A DNA stretch of 64,000 nucleotides from Candidatus Poribacteria bacterium. GTDB taxonomy: Bacteria > Poribacteria > WGA-4E > WGA-3G. Within the stretch, counting starts at the first letter, position 1; the number at the start of each line of letters is the position of its first letter. The notes below the pieces were generated by a model. That model saw only the letters and a program-made list of their open reading frames with translations, did no database searches and was not told where the DNA came from. This document shows positions 19,965-29,223 of this stretch, piece by piece. The stretch is taken from assembly GCA_963668035.1 (NCBI GenBank), contig OY764073.1, positions 4,743,308-4,807,307 on the forward strand. Direction: 5' to 3'. A program made the translations under genes and the position numbers.

Positions 19965-20294
19965 GTGCTTATACCCCTTTCAGAGCGAGAGTTTTGGGTT
20001 AAATAACCCTACGGGAATCCGTAAGACAGAAGGGAATCGTTCACAAAAACACGGAACATATTTCTTCTGTTTATTAAAGACACAATTTTGGAGTGGAAAA
20101 CATGTATTTTGCGAAAAAAAATTGGATTTTTTTAGACATTGTCCGGCGAGTGTTGAGATAGACTTTACCGGTTTAGGACTCATCCGCTCAATCTAAATTA
20201 TAACACCCGCCTAAAACGCATTGCAAGAAAAAGTGCTTTCTATTTGATTTCTCCCCGAAAACGCGGTAGAATATACGACAAAGGAGACTTCTCT

Positions 20295-22052
20295 ATGAAA
20301 CTGTTCTCATTTCTACTCGTTTTCGCGATCGGCATCGGACTTTACACGGTTACAGCGGCCAACATACCCCCGTGGCAACCCATAGGAAAATACACACACC
20401 CCGATATCCGAGAGAGCTCCGGTATCGTTGCGAGTCGGCAGTTTGAAGGAGTCTATTGGACACTCAACGACTCCGGTAATCCCGCGACACTTTACGCCAC
20501 AAAACTGAACGGCGAATTGATCCAAGAAATCGCCGTAAAAGGTTCCGGAAACTTTGATTGGGAGGCACTCGGCATTGACGACAAAAATCAGCTCTGGATC
20601 GGCGAAATCGGCAACAATAGCAGACTGCGCTTCGATCTGAAAGTGGTTGTCGTCAAAGAACCGAACCCTTTTACTGAAACTGAAGCGGAAGTCACTGCGA
20701 GTTATCCGTATCGGTACCCGAACGAAAATGTGGATGCGGAAGGGCTCTTTATTGTTAGAGGTATCCCTTATATCGTCTCTAAAGAGAGAGAACGGGCGGT
20801 GCTTTATCGGTTCCCGACTCTGCAAGCCGATAAAAAACAGGTCTTAGAAAGTGTTGGCGAATTCAACAGTGCAAAATTTATCACAGGCGCGGGCGTGTCA
20901 GAAGACGGTGCGCGGCTTGCGGTTTGTACCTACGATGCCCTCTGGGTGTATCACGGCACAGCGGATAATTTAGCGAAAATGATTCAAGGCACGCCGTGGC
21001 ATTTACCTCACAATTTCGCGGGGGAAGCTGTCTGCTTTGATGGCTACACCCTCGTCTTGACAAACGAGGCGCGGGACCTCTATGCGGTACCGCAGTTTTG
21101 GTATGAGAAGGAGTGGACACTACCGCCAAAGAACGCCCAATCGGCAGCTGACCTATTACCTAAGACAGTCGCACACGGCGTAACGGTTCAGGTAGAAAGC
21201 TACCGGGACGAGGGTATTGATATAGGGGGCAGTTATGTGGTTTTCACACCGCAGACTGTTGGAGAGACGGGATCCTTAACCGTACCAATTGCGGCTCCTT
21301 ACAGAGATATTTATGAAATTCGCGCCGTTTTAACACAGGGCCCGGTGTATGGACGCGTTCAATTGTCTATCAACGGGACCGCCGTTGGTCCACCGTACGA
21401 TTGCTATGCTCCTGAGCCGATCGCTGGGACACTGGTTTCGTTTGGGACTGCCGCCTTGACTGCCGGTGAAAATCAGATAACGCTCAGCACCCTCGGGAAG
21501 GCCCCGGAAGCTACAGGCTCTAAAATCGGTGTCGATGCCTATCAGGTGTTACATGCCTCTCCATTCGTCAAACGTTACATGATTTTAGGTCCGTTCCCAA
21601 ATACAGATGTTGACACGATTGCTGAGCTGCTGCGCCTTGAAGGTCAACTGGATTTGAAAAAAGCGTACACGGGTATTGATGGCAAAGCCGTCCACTGGCA
21701 AGAAGCGACTGCCAGAGCCGACGGTTTTCTCGATTTACGTAGAGACCTCAGCCCTAGCCCAATGACCCTCGGATATACGGTGGTATATGTCCACGCCCCA
21801 AAAGCGACCGATTCTGTGATGTTGCTCGGCAGCGATGATGAGATCGCTGTTTGGTTAAACGGCACTGAAATTCACCGAAAGCGTATCAATGCTGGCGCGA
21901 GGGCAGATGCAGACGCAGTTCCGTGTCAGCTGAAAGCAGGATGGAATACGGTTTTATGCCAAAAAGTTGATCTCGGATGGTCATGGGGACTCTATTTGCG
22001 GTTCACGGATGCAGATGGGGTACTCAGATATGCCATCCACCCTGCAGAGTAG
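20295..22052 (+). CDS. Secreted hypothetical protein (beta-propeller-like N-terminus, lectin/jelly-roll-like C-terminus)
   Basis: ATG at 20295 follows AAAGGAGA. The signal peptide is MKLFSFLLVFAIGIGLYTVTAA. No confident family assignment. Confidence 0.45.
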   Translation: MKLFSFLLVFAIGIGLYTVTAANIPPWQPIGKYTHPDIRESSGIVASRQFEGVYWTLNDSGNPATLYATKLNGELIQEIAVKGSGNFDWEALGIDDKNQLWIGEIGNNSRLRFDLKVVVVKEPNPFTETEAEVTASYPYRYPNENVDAEGLFIVRGIPYIVSKERERAVLYRFPTLQADKKQVLESVGEFNSAKFITGAGVSEDGARLAVCTYDALWVYHGTADNLAKMIQGTPWHLPHNFAGEAVCFDGYTLVLTNEARDLYAVPQFWYEKEWTLPPKNAQSAADLLPKTVAHGVTVQVESYRDEGIDIGGSYVVFTPQTVGETGSLTVPIAAPYRDIYEIRAVLTQGPVYGRVQLSINGTAVGPPYDCYAPEPIAGTLVSFGTAALTAGENQITLSTLGKAPEATGSKIGVDAYQVLHASPFVKRYMILGPFPNTDVDTIAELLRLEGQLDLKKAYTGIDGKAVHWQEATARADGFLDLRRDLSPSPMTLGYTVVYVHAPKATDSVMLLGSDDEIAVWLNGTEIHRKRINAGARADADAVPCQLKAGWNTVLCQKVDLGWSWGLYLRFTDADGVLRYAIHPAE

Positions 22053-22188
22053 AGACAGCCAATCAAATTCCGCCACCCATAATCCTATCTGTACCCATTT
22101 CTGTCAATTCAACGTTAATCAAGTAGGTAAATATACCATCAAGGTTGAAATAGGACAAACAGACATATCATTAAGGTTGAAAACAGCA

Positions 22189-24156
22189 ATGGGGTGTAAT
22201 CCGATGCAATTCACTTTTCTTAGACGCAGCAGAAGAAACTTGCTGCTGCAAATTATACGAAAGCTCGTTTTAGTTGGCGTAATTTTAGCAGTCGTCCCTC
22301 TTAATGTCGGTGCTTCGAGCATAGTGCACCGTGATATTTTTGTCGGCGCGAGTGCACGTGCAGTCGGCATGGGGAGTGCTTTTACGGCGGGTCCCTCCGC
22401 AAACAACGGTTTCCTCTGGAACCCATCTTCATTAGGATTTATGGAGGGTGCGGAAGTGAACATGGGAGGGATGCCGTTTGCGCGAAGGACATCAAGTAGT
22501 GAGCAGGCGTTCTCTGTCGCCGCGAACCCGAATGCTCTCGGTATAACGGACAGAAATTTTGGGAACCTCTCCTTCGCGACATGGCTTGACGGTTGGGGTA
22601 GCAACATAACTGAATCCACACAGATCGTGCTTTTAGGATATGGCTTTGCGTTCGGACAAAACGCCTCGGCAGGCGCGAACCTACGCTACTATCAGAACAA
22701 CACACCCATCAGAACGAATTTTCTATGGAGCGTAGATTTAGGGATGCAGTTCGCCTATCCATTGGAAAAATGGGGCGATACGGTGCGCGTCGGTCTCAAC
22801 TTCTCCGAATTGAGTAACGGTATTCGGGAAGACGGCGTACTCCTTGAGAGTATCCCCTTAGCTGCACGCTTCGGCACGACGTACGAATTAGGCAAGCACA
22901 CCCTTTTTTCTGCTGATTTCGCTGTTCGAGGTGAGAACAACATAAACTGGGGCGAACGCCTCCGGTTCCATGTCGGTGCGGAACGCTGGCTTATCAATGG
23001 ACACTTCGGGTTACGCCTCGGTTATACCACTTTAACCGCTTATGATACATTCTGGAATGGCGAATTGGCACGCGGATTCAGCTTCCGAAATTCCATAGGA
23101 CAACTCGATTATGCTTATGTGACCGGCAGTGAATTAGAGCAAAATATCCACTGGCTCTCTGCGACTTTACGTTGGGGCGGAAGTGCCGCGAAACCTGTAT
23201 CGACAGCCACGCCGCCAGAAGTCGTTAAAACCGATGAAACGCCAGCGGCTCCGATCCTAATGCCGGCGACCCTTACACCGACTGTAACACCTGAGACGAG
23301 TGTGGTAGAATTACAACTTTCAGCACACACAATTTCACCCAATAACGACGGTATTGCCGATAACACGACCCTTCGCTTCGGTGACAATTCGCAACAGGTT
23401 TTAAAATGGCAGTTGAATATCCGTGATGAATATACCGAAAGTATCTGGGAGAAATCTGGGATAGGCGTCCCTACAGCGGGTATCGTCTGGGATGGCATCG
23501 CGAACACAGGCAGCTTGGTGCCTGATGGTAACTATGAGGTGGAACTACACGTGCTTGACGCGCAAGGGAAACCGCAGTTAAAAGATAGCGAGAAACTTGT
23601 GGTAGACCTCATGCCTACGACATTAGAACTCTCTCGGAAAACACCGACAACCGTCGGCGTGAAAACGTGGGATATGAGTCCGCTTGCCCATTGGAAACTT
23701 GAAATCTTTGACACGGCGAATACACTTATTGAACAGTTAGACGGAGAAGGCTCCCCACCTGATGAAATCGTTTTAAGTAAAGTGAAAACACAGCCAGTGG
23801 CGACTTACACCTGTAAGCTGCACGTTCAAGACATCGCTGGCAATCAGAGCACACAACAGGCGGAGCTACAACTCGGTACAGAGAGTCAACCGGCATCAGC
23901 ACCGACAACACCGACAAAAACATTGACGTTGATGGTCGGTTCTTTTGCAGAACCCCACAATGCCGAAATGATGGCTGAAAATTTGCGGCTTTTAATTCCG
24001 GACGAGAAGGTCGAGATATATACAGTTGACGTTGATGCAAGAACACTGCATCGGGTAACGATTGGGGAGTTCAAAGCGCGTGCAGAAGCGGCGGAGCTCA
24101 AGCAACATATCCAAGAGACACAAGGAATTGATCCGGTGTTGATTACGGTGCAATAA
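22189..24156 (+). CDS. Secreted multidomain protein: N-terminal barrel-like domain, FlgD-Ig/CHU_C-like domain and a C-terminal SPOR peptidoglycan-binding domain
   Basis: A signal peptide is present. ISPNNDGIADNTT is a FlgD-Ig-like motif. A T/P-rich linker follows. The C-terminal LMVGSFAEPHNAEMMAENLRLL...HRVTIGEFKARAEAAELKQHI is SPOR-like. The start is uncertain (22189 or 22204). Confidence 0.5.
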   Translation: MGCNPMQFTFLRRSRRNLLLQIIRKLVLVGVILAVVPLNVGASSIVHRDIFVGASARAVGMGSAFTAGPSANNGFLWNPSSLGFMEGAEVNMGGMPFARRTSSSEQAFSVAANPNALGITDRNFGNLSFATWLDGWGSNITESTQIVLLGYGFAFGQNASAGANLRYYQNNTPIRTNFLWSVDLGMQFAYPLEKWGDTVRVGLNFSELSNGIREDGVLLESIPLAARFGTTYELGKHTLFSADFAVRGENNINWGERLRFHVGAERWLINGHFGLRLGYTTLTAYDTFWNGELARGFSFRNSIGQLDYAYVTGSELEQNIHWLSATLRWGGSAAKPVSTATPPEVVKTDETPAAPILMPATLTPTVTPETSVVELQLSAHTISPNNDGIADNTTLRFGDNSQQVLKWQLNIRDEYTESIWEKSGIGVPTAGIVWDGIANTGSLVPDGNYEVELHVLDAQGKPQLKDSEKLVVDLMPTTLELSRKTPTTVGVKTWDMSPLAHWKLEIFDTANTLIEQLDGEGSPPDEIVLSKVKTQPVATYTCKLHVQDIAGNQSTQQAELQLGTESQPASAPTTPTKTLTLMVGSFAEPHNAEMMAENLRLLIPDEKVEIYTVDVDARTLHRVTIGEFKARAEAAELKQHIQETQGIDPVLITVQ

Positions 24157-24527
24157 TACCATTTTCATTTTCTCCGACGGGTTAGGGTCTGTTGGTTTAG
24201 GTTCGGGGTGCGACAGAATGTCGACCTTTCGTCAATTGAATAGCCCTGCTATTTTGCGTCCGTCCTATAATTGTTTTCCATCGCGTTGGAGGCGTCTATC
24301 CTACAGACGACGTAAAGTCTCCCTGAACCGGTGCGCAAAGGCACCAGTGGATGTGGGGGTTCAGTGCATCCGTATGGAGAGGCACTGAACAGTGTGGAAT
24401 GCAAGGCACAATAACGACCTTACGAATTCCCGTTTTACGAACTGGGAATGCAGACTTCGTGAAGCACGTTCGGGTTGAAAAATCCCTCTGCCACTATACG
24501 ATCCCGAGATCCTGCCGTGTCTCGGAA

Positions 24528-25125
24528 CCCTCCACGACTCAGTGAGATTTTAAACAGTCTTTTTACGTGGGCATCAAATCCGTCAGGTTGCTGTAAGACT
24601 GTTAGCACCAAACAACCTGCCCACGACTCTTTGAGATTTTGATGGAACCTTTTACAGACTACAGGAAAATCAACAGGTTGACGAGAGGGATACCTTTTTT
24701 ATTTTAAGAATAGATATCATACACCGCTTTTTCAGACGGGGTACACGATGCAAAAACTGTTCGTTGATGCAGGGTGCATGTTGATATGTATTGATTAAAA
24801 CGGTATGAGAACTTCGTTCCAGTGCAGGCAGATATGTGAACACTGCTCACTGAAAGAACCCCTGCTTTCCATTTTCCTGTAACGTAGGTGTTCGCTGATG
24901 CCATCAGTGTCAGTTCGACCTTCTGTACTCTGTGAGATTTTAGACGACATGTTCTTATGGGATAGTATCTATCGGTGGTTGTGTTGATGTCGACCAGCAA
25001 CTCCCACTCCCACGACCGTGTAGGTATTTACGCGACGTTCCTCCATGTTGGTATTTTTCCGTCTCCATTTGGTGTCGCGCGTTCCAAGGAGACTGCCCAC
25101 GGACTCTTATTTCGAGATTTCGAGC
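24528..25125. repeat. Degenerate dispersed repeat motif CCCACGACTC-n-TGAGATTTT(A/G) (4 copies) in a 1.6-kb non-coding stretch
   Basis: Copies lie at about 24531-24556, 24613-24640, 24925-24946 and 25094-25125. There is no convincing ORF between 24157 and 25800. Confidence 0.4.
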
Positions 25126-25803
25126 GACGGTTTGCGGTGTAAAAGTTGGGTTCCCGTGTTGTCGCTGCGTCAGGGAGCCGCCCGCACCTCTAAAGAGTAT
25201 CGCACCTCGCAAAAGTCGTATTGGGCGTTGCATTCTCAATCACGTGTTAATTATACGATATTTTTTGGGTGTAGGGAAATAGAAAATGCGTCAAAATATT
25301 GTGATTCTATTGTTTATCTATGTATGATTCAATTTTTGTGCATTTTTTTCGGCGGTCAGTTATCAGTAAGTTGGCTATCAGCAGAGAAAAAATATATTGT
25401 TGTCTGCGTTTCTGTGAAAGTTATGAAATTTCACAGTATTTCACAGTAAGGATTCAAAAAAGTGTTTCGGTTACGGCTACGAAGTAAGGTGTGGCAAGGG
25501 TTTTGAAGGGACTATGAACCTTATCAATTTTTTGCGTACCTGTGAAATTATGATTTTAATGTGCGGGTTGTTTTGCTGACAAACGCAGTGGCGGGACGGG
25601 TTTACGGGCGTTTCTATTTTTGACACTTAAAACGAGTTGCTGTGAAATGTTTGTTGATGTGTCTAAGGTTCTGGGATCGTTGTTTTGCGGCGCGTTGTTA
25701 TGTTGTTAGGATGTGGTGCACTGCACGTCGGATCGCTGCCAAAAACTTTACACACCCGCAGTGTTACGTTTCTTAGCCATTACGCCCCTCCCATAAGTTA
25801 GGT

Positions 25804-26523
25804 TTAAAGTGTTTCTGTCTTTAGATAGCGTTTTAGAAATTCATCCAGGTTGAAGCAACATTCTTTGTACTTCTTGCCGCTTCTGCACAGACACGAACTA
25901 TTTAGGCAGGACTTTATAGGTTCAACGTCGTTAAAGTGACATTTTTTGTATTTCTTGCCACTATCACAAGGACACAAGTCGTTTCTACCAAGGTCGTACC
26001 GCGCGTAATTGATCATTTCAGCGAGGTACTCTCTGATCCCTTCGTCACCATGTGAGTATTCTTCCCAACGATCATTGTTACTCACATCAGTACCGAATTT
26101 TTCCACGTAAGAAAGACGATAGAAAAATGGAATTACGCGTTCGTGCATAAAAGATTTAATTCTAAGAGTTTGGTTCTCAGGACGTTTTATGCCTAGACAA
26201 CAAGTATTATCCTCTGGATTGATATGCAAATCAATGATATTAACGTTGCATTTTTGGGCGATTTCACGGTGCCTTTTACCGACTTCATATACTTTTGGCC
26301 ACCCATTCATGTCCAAATCTTCTAAGCATATTTCAACCTCAAAAACATCGCGAATCAAGAAACCTATTTCATCAGCAAAATTGCCAATTATCACTTTTCT
26401 CGCCTTGTCATCGTACACAGCACAGAAGTCAAGTTCACCTATGATTTTCCGGCATTTTTCGTCATATTGCAGGTTGGGAAAATGTCTATTTAACCATTTG
26501 ATTTCATCGGTACTTATCTTCAT
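25804..26523 (-). CDS. E2 (UBC)-like protein with two C-terminal SEC-C zinc-finger motifs; candidate CBASS Cap2-short partner
   Basis: LHINPEDNTCCLGI resembles the UBC HPN...ICL catalytic motif. CPCDSGKKYKKCH and CLCRSGKKYKECC are SEC-C motifs. It lies 6 bp downstream of the SMODS cyclase gene. Confidence 0.45.
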   Translation of the reverse strand: MKISTDEIKWLNRHFPNLQYDEKCRKIIGELDFCAVYDDKARKVIIGNFADEIGFLIRDVFEVEICLEDLDMNGWPKVYEVGKRHREIAQKCNVNIIDLHINPEDNTCCLGIKRPENQTLRIKSFMHERVIPFFYRLSYVEKFGTDVSNNDRWEEYSHGDEGIREYLAEMINYARYDLGRNDLCPCDSGKKYKKCHFNDVEPIKSCLNSSCLCRSGKKYKECCFNLDEFLKRYLKTETL

Positions 26524-26529
26524 GGCACA

Positions 26530-27498
26530 TTACCTTGCGTAGAGTTTTGGAGGACTTACGATAACAGGAGCAACCCCTTTATTTCCGTTATTATCTTTAA
26601 GTTCTCCAAAATTGTCACCGAACAACTCTCTCCACTTTTTGACACTTGCATTATGTTCCTTGGCATCAAACGCTTCGTTTATCTTAGCGTTGTAAAGGTC
26701 GAACATTTCTCGAAAGTGACGATATTTGTCTTGGTCCCAGTGTCTTGTAAAACTTTCTGTGGATAAGACTGGATTGCAAATTTCCGGCATAAAGACATTA
26801 GACTGCAAAAAACTGTTTATCCTGTTTGAAACCGTTTTTAGGGACATTGGAATATCCTTAAAACCTTCGCTACCTTCATCGCTAGCATAAACACTGTTAC
26901 CAATCAGGGTGGTTAGAAGGATTGATTTTACAGAAAAGTTACCTTTGTGGTCACGGAGAAATTTTAACAACCGCGTAACCCGCTTTAGGTTTCCATTAGT
27001 CATTCTTGTTTTTTCATTGAACCAATCTCTATAGCCAGTGCCATCAGTGAGTTCAAATTCATTTTCCTTGTTATTACAGATGAAGTACTTTTCCTCTTGC
27101 GTGAGCCAATCTTGTTGGGTAATGCATGGGACAATATCTAAGTGGAAGTCACCAGCATAATCGATATAGACACATCTCGTTCTTCTATGTACCTTATCCT
27201 TATAATTGTCGTTTCCTTTCAAACAATTATAGACATCATTAATGTAATCCCTAGGTTCTTTGTCCTCATCGTACGTCATGTACAAGAGCAGATCCGCGTC
27301 ATATTCGCGCGTCCCGACTGGTTTGATAATTGTTTTCAAACCGTAAGATCCCTGTCGCTCCGTTTTTTCGTACAAATCTAAATTTCCACTGAGGAACGTA
27401 TTCACAGCCGAGGAACTATTATTCAATCTTTGAAGCCTACTCTCATTGAGGTTTACCTCTTGGGAAAGGAAGTCTTGGAAATACTTTATATGCTTCAT
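26530..27498 (-). CDS. SMODS-domain nucleotidyltransferase (second CD-NTase-like cyclase, 322 aa)
   Basis: The GS motif QGSYGLKT, the DxD motif YDADLLLYM and a third acidic residue in CVYIDYAGDFHLDIVP form a pol-beta-type NTase core typical of CBASS cyclases. Confidence 0.65.
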   Translation of the reverse strand: MKHIKYFQDFLSQEVNLNESRLQRLNNSSSAVNTFLSGNLDLYEKTERQGSYGLKTIIKPVGTREYDADLLLYMTYDEDKEPRDYINDVYNCLKGNDNYKDKVHRRTRCVYIDYAGDFHLDIVPCITQQDWLTQEEKYFICNNKENEFELTDGTGYRDWFNEKTRMTNGNLKRVTRLLKFLRDHKGNFSVKSILLTTLIGNSVYASDEGSEGFKDIPMSLKTVSNRINSFLQSNVFMPEICNPVLSTESFTRHWDQDKYRHFREMFDLYNAKINEAFDAKEHNASVKKWRELFGDNFGELKDNNGNKGVAPVIVSPPKLYAR

Positions 27499-27640
27499 TG
27501 ATTTGATTCTCCTTATCTATTAATTGAAAACTCAAAAAAGATCAATGCTGTGTGCCAATTTGCCACTTTTGGGAGGGGGCGTAAAGCCTTTGACACTAAA
27601 TTCGGCACGGCGTTTGTTTTCTAAGGCTCCTCACATAGCA

Positions 27641-27800
27641 CTCCGCTAGAGTGCAAGGAGGGTACCTGTCTTTTCTATAGACATATTGCTCCGCTGGAGC
27701 AAAGAGACCTCTTTACAGATAACGACTTCTTCACGCCAGAGGCGTGATATGTCTATAGAAATCAATATCATTCGTAGCTGCACTCCAGCGGAGCGCTATG
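27641..27800. repeat. Degenerate inverted-duplicate member of the MITE-like TCTATAGACATAT repeat family
   Basis: TCTATAGACATATTGCTCCGCTGGAGC and GTGATATGTCTATAGAAA...GCACTCCAGCGGAGCG form inverted repeats. It shares the CATAGCACTCC(GCT/TAC)GGAGTGC palindrome with the copies at 44226 and 46909. Confidence 0.55.
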
Positions 27801-27865
27801 TGTTGACGAAGGATCGATCGATGGAAACCCCTCTATAACGAGACACTGCCGAAATATTTACACCC

Positions 27866-29032
27866 TTACTTGATTTTGAGCACTGTTCTTAATCCATTCC
27901 GGTCATCATATTCACATGCGAAAATCTCGGGGTCTGATTTTGGCAGAAGAACTCGCCCACATTCAACTGCAATCGGTGCTGGAACTGCTGGGATAATGGA
28001 GATCTTGCAGGAGTCTCCATGGACAGTCTGAATTTCGTTCAGCAATTTCCTATATTCTCGACTGAATCCTTCCAACTGCTTACGAGATTTCAAAAAATAT
28101 ACAGAAGGTTCGTCAATGGTTATTTCATAAATGCTGAAATTCTCCGAAATCAACCCTTCGTATCGGGTGCTATCAATTTTGCCGCTTAGAGACAATACGA
28201 TTGCAACGTTCCCACCACTCTTGTTAATATGGAGAGGGTTCACAATATAACATGTTTCTGTACCTTTTTCTTCCTCGGGCCAGGACCAGGTATGGTTTGT
28301 GTCATCAATATTTCTGTGTGACTGGTACAAATCCGCTGGAAGAGTATCACCAATGCACTTTCCCAAGGACATTAATAGTGGCATGGGACCGATGGCGAAC
28401 ACAGAAAGATGTTTAATCTTTCCTTCATCTACTCCTTCCTCAAAGTGCCACTTGATTTTTTGCTGAATCTCGCTTGCAAAAATCTGCCAGTACTCTGAGT
28501 CTCTATGACCGTCAAAATTGTTATTAATGATGTTAATTCCTTTTTCATCAGTTGGGTATTTGGGAAACATTGCATTACGATATGTCTCGGAGTTAATCGG
28601 AACAATTCTATCGCCTATATTCACGGAGAATAATAGGACAGTAGATTTATGAATATCCTCTGGATGTCTGGTTTGAATTTCAATTCTGTCCTCATGCTTC
28701 CATTTCCACTCGCTCAACAACTCTGGTGGGTATTTATCGGGATTATCATCAATTTCCTTATGGCATCGTCGGCACAGCAGCATGAGATTAGAGAATTCAA
28801 TTTGTAGATTCGTAGACTCTTTGTTCCCTCTTGGGCCATCTTGACTCGCTGCGATAATGTGCGTTACCTCCCCAAAATTTCCATCGGTTAACGTCAGGTC
28901 ATTACGCCAAACGAGTTTGTTACAGCCGCTAAATTCACAACGTCCTGCCGACCTGCCGAATAATTTCAACTTAGTATGCAGCGGAACGTTTTTGCGCGTA
29001 ATTTTGGGTTCTGGTTTCTTATCCTTAGCCAT
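27866..29032 (-). CDS. cap5: Cap5-like CBASS effector: N-terminal HNH endonuclease fused to a C-terminal SAVED domain
   Basis: HNH motif GRCEFSGC...EVTHIIA...NLMLLCRRCHKEID is present. A ~250-aa C-terminal domain consistent with SAVED follows. The gene is immediately downstream of a CD-NTase gene. Confidence 0.65.
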   Translation of the reverse strand: MAKDKKPEPKITRKNVPLHTKLKLFGRSAGRCEFSGCNKLVWRNDLTLTDGNFGEVTHIIAASQDGPRGNKESTNLQIEFSNLMLLCRRCHKEIDDNPDKYPPELLSEWKWKHEDRIEIQTRHPEDIHKSTVLLFSVNIGDRIVPINSETYRNAMFPKYPTDEKGINIINNNFDGHRDSEYWQIFASEIQQKIKWHFEEGVDEGKIKHLSVFAIGPMPLLMSLGKCIGDTLPADLYQSHRNIDDTNHTWSWPEEEKGTETCYIVNPLHINKSGGNVAIVLSLSGKIDSTRYEGLISENFSIYEITIDEPSVYFLKSRKQLEGFSREYRKLLNEIQTVHGDSCKISIIPAVPAPIAVECGRVLLPKSDPEIFACEYDDRNGLRTVLKIK

Positions 29033-29223
29033 ATGTTCAATCTCCTTTTTTCTGTTGTGATAGGTTCAGAATTTGGTTGTTTAATACCTACTGATAATCC
29101 TTTTGAATGAAAGGCAATTCAAAAAATACTACTCTTCAAAAAAATGGCCATGGAAAACCAAAAGTTATGTGTTGCAGCAGATCCGTTAATTATCAAAGCG
29201 ATAGTCTACAAAGCGTCCCTAAA

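Noticed and set aside
24528-25125. Possible CRISPR array in the repeat-rich non-coding stretch
   Set aside because: The repeats are degenerate, differ in length and are irregularly spaced (84 to about 300 bp). They are not identical 28-37-bp direct repeats with uniform spacers, and no cas genes are adjacent.
25045-25449. 134-aa ORF in the non-coding stretch
   Set aside because: It has low-complexity, hydrophobic-biased composition and no RBS, and it overlaps the repeat motifs. It is probably non-coding.
24157-25800. A tRNA or tmRNA as the integration target of the defence island
   Set aside because: I searched by eye for T-loop GTTCRAWYC and acceptor-stem pairing in both boundary regions (24157-25800, 36751-37190) and found none. 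The closest, GGTTCGGGGTGCGAC at 24199, lacks a matching acceptor stem.
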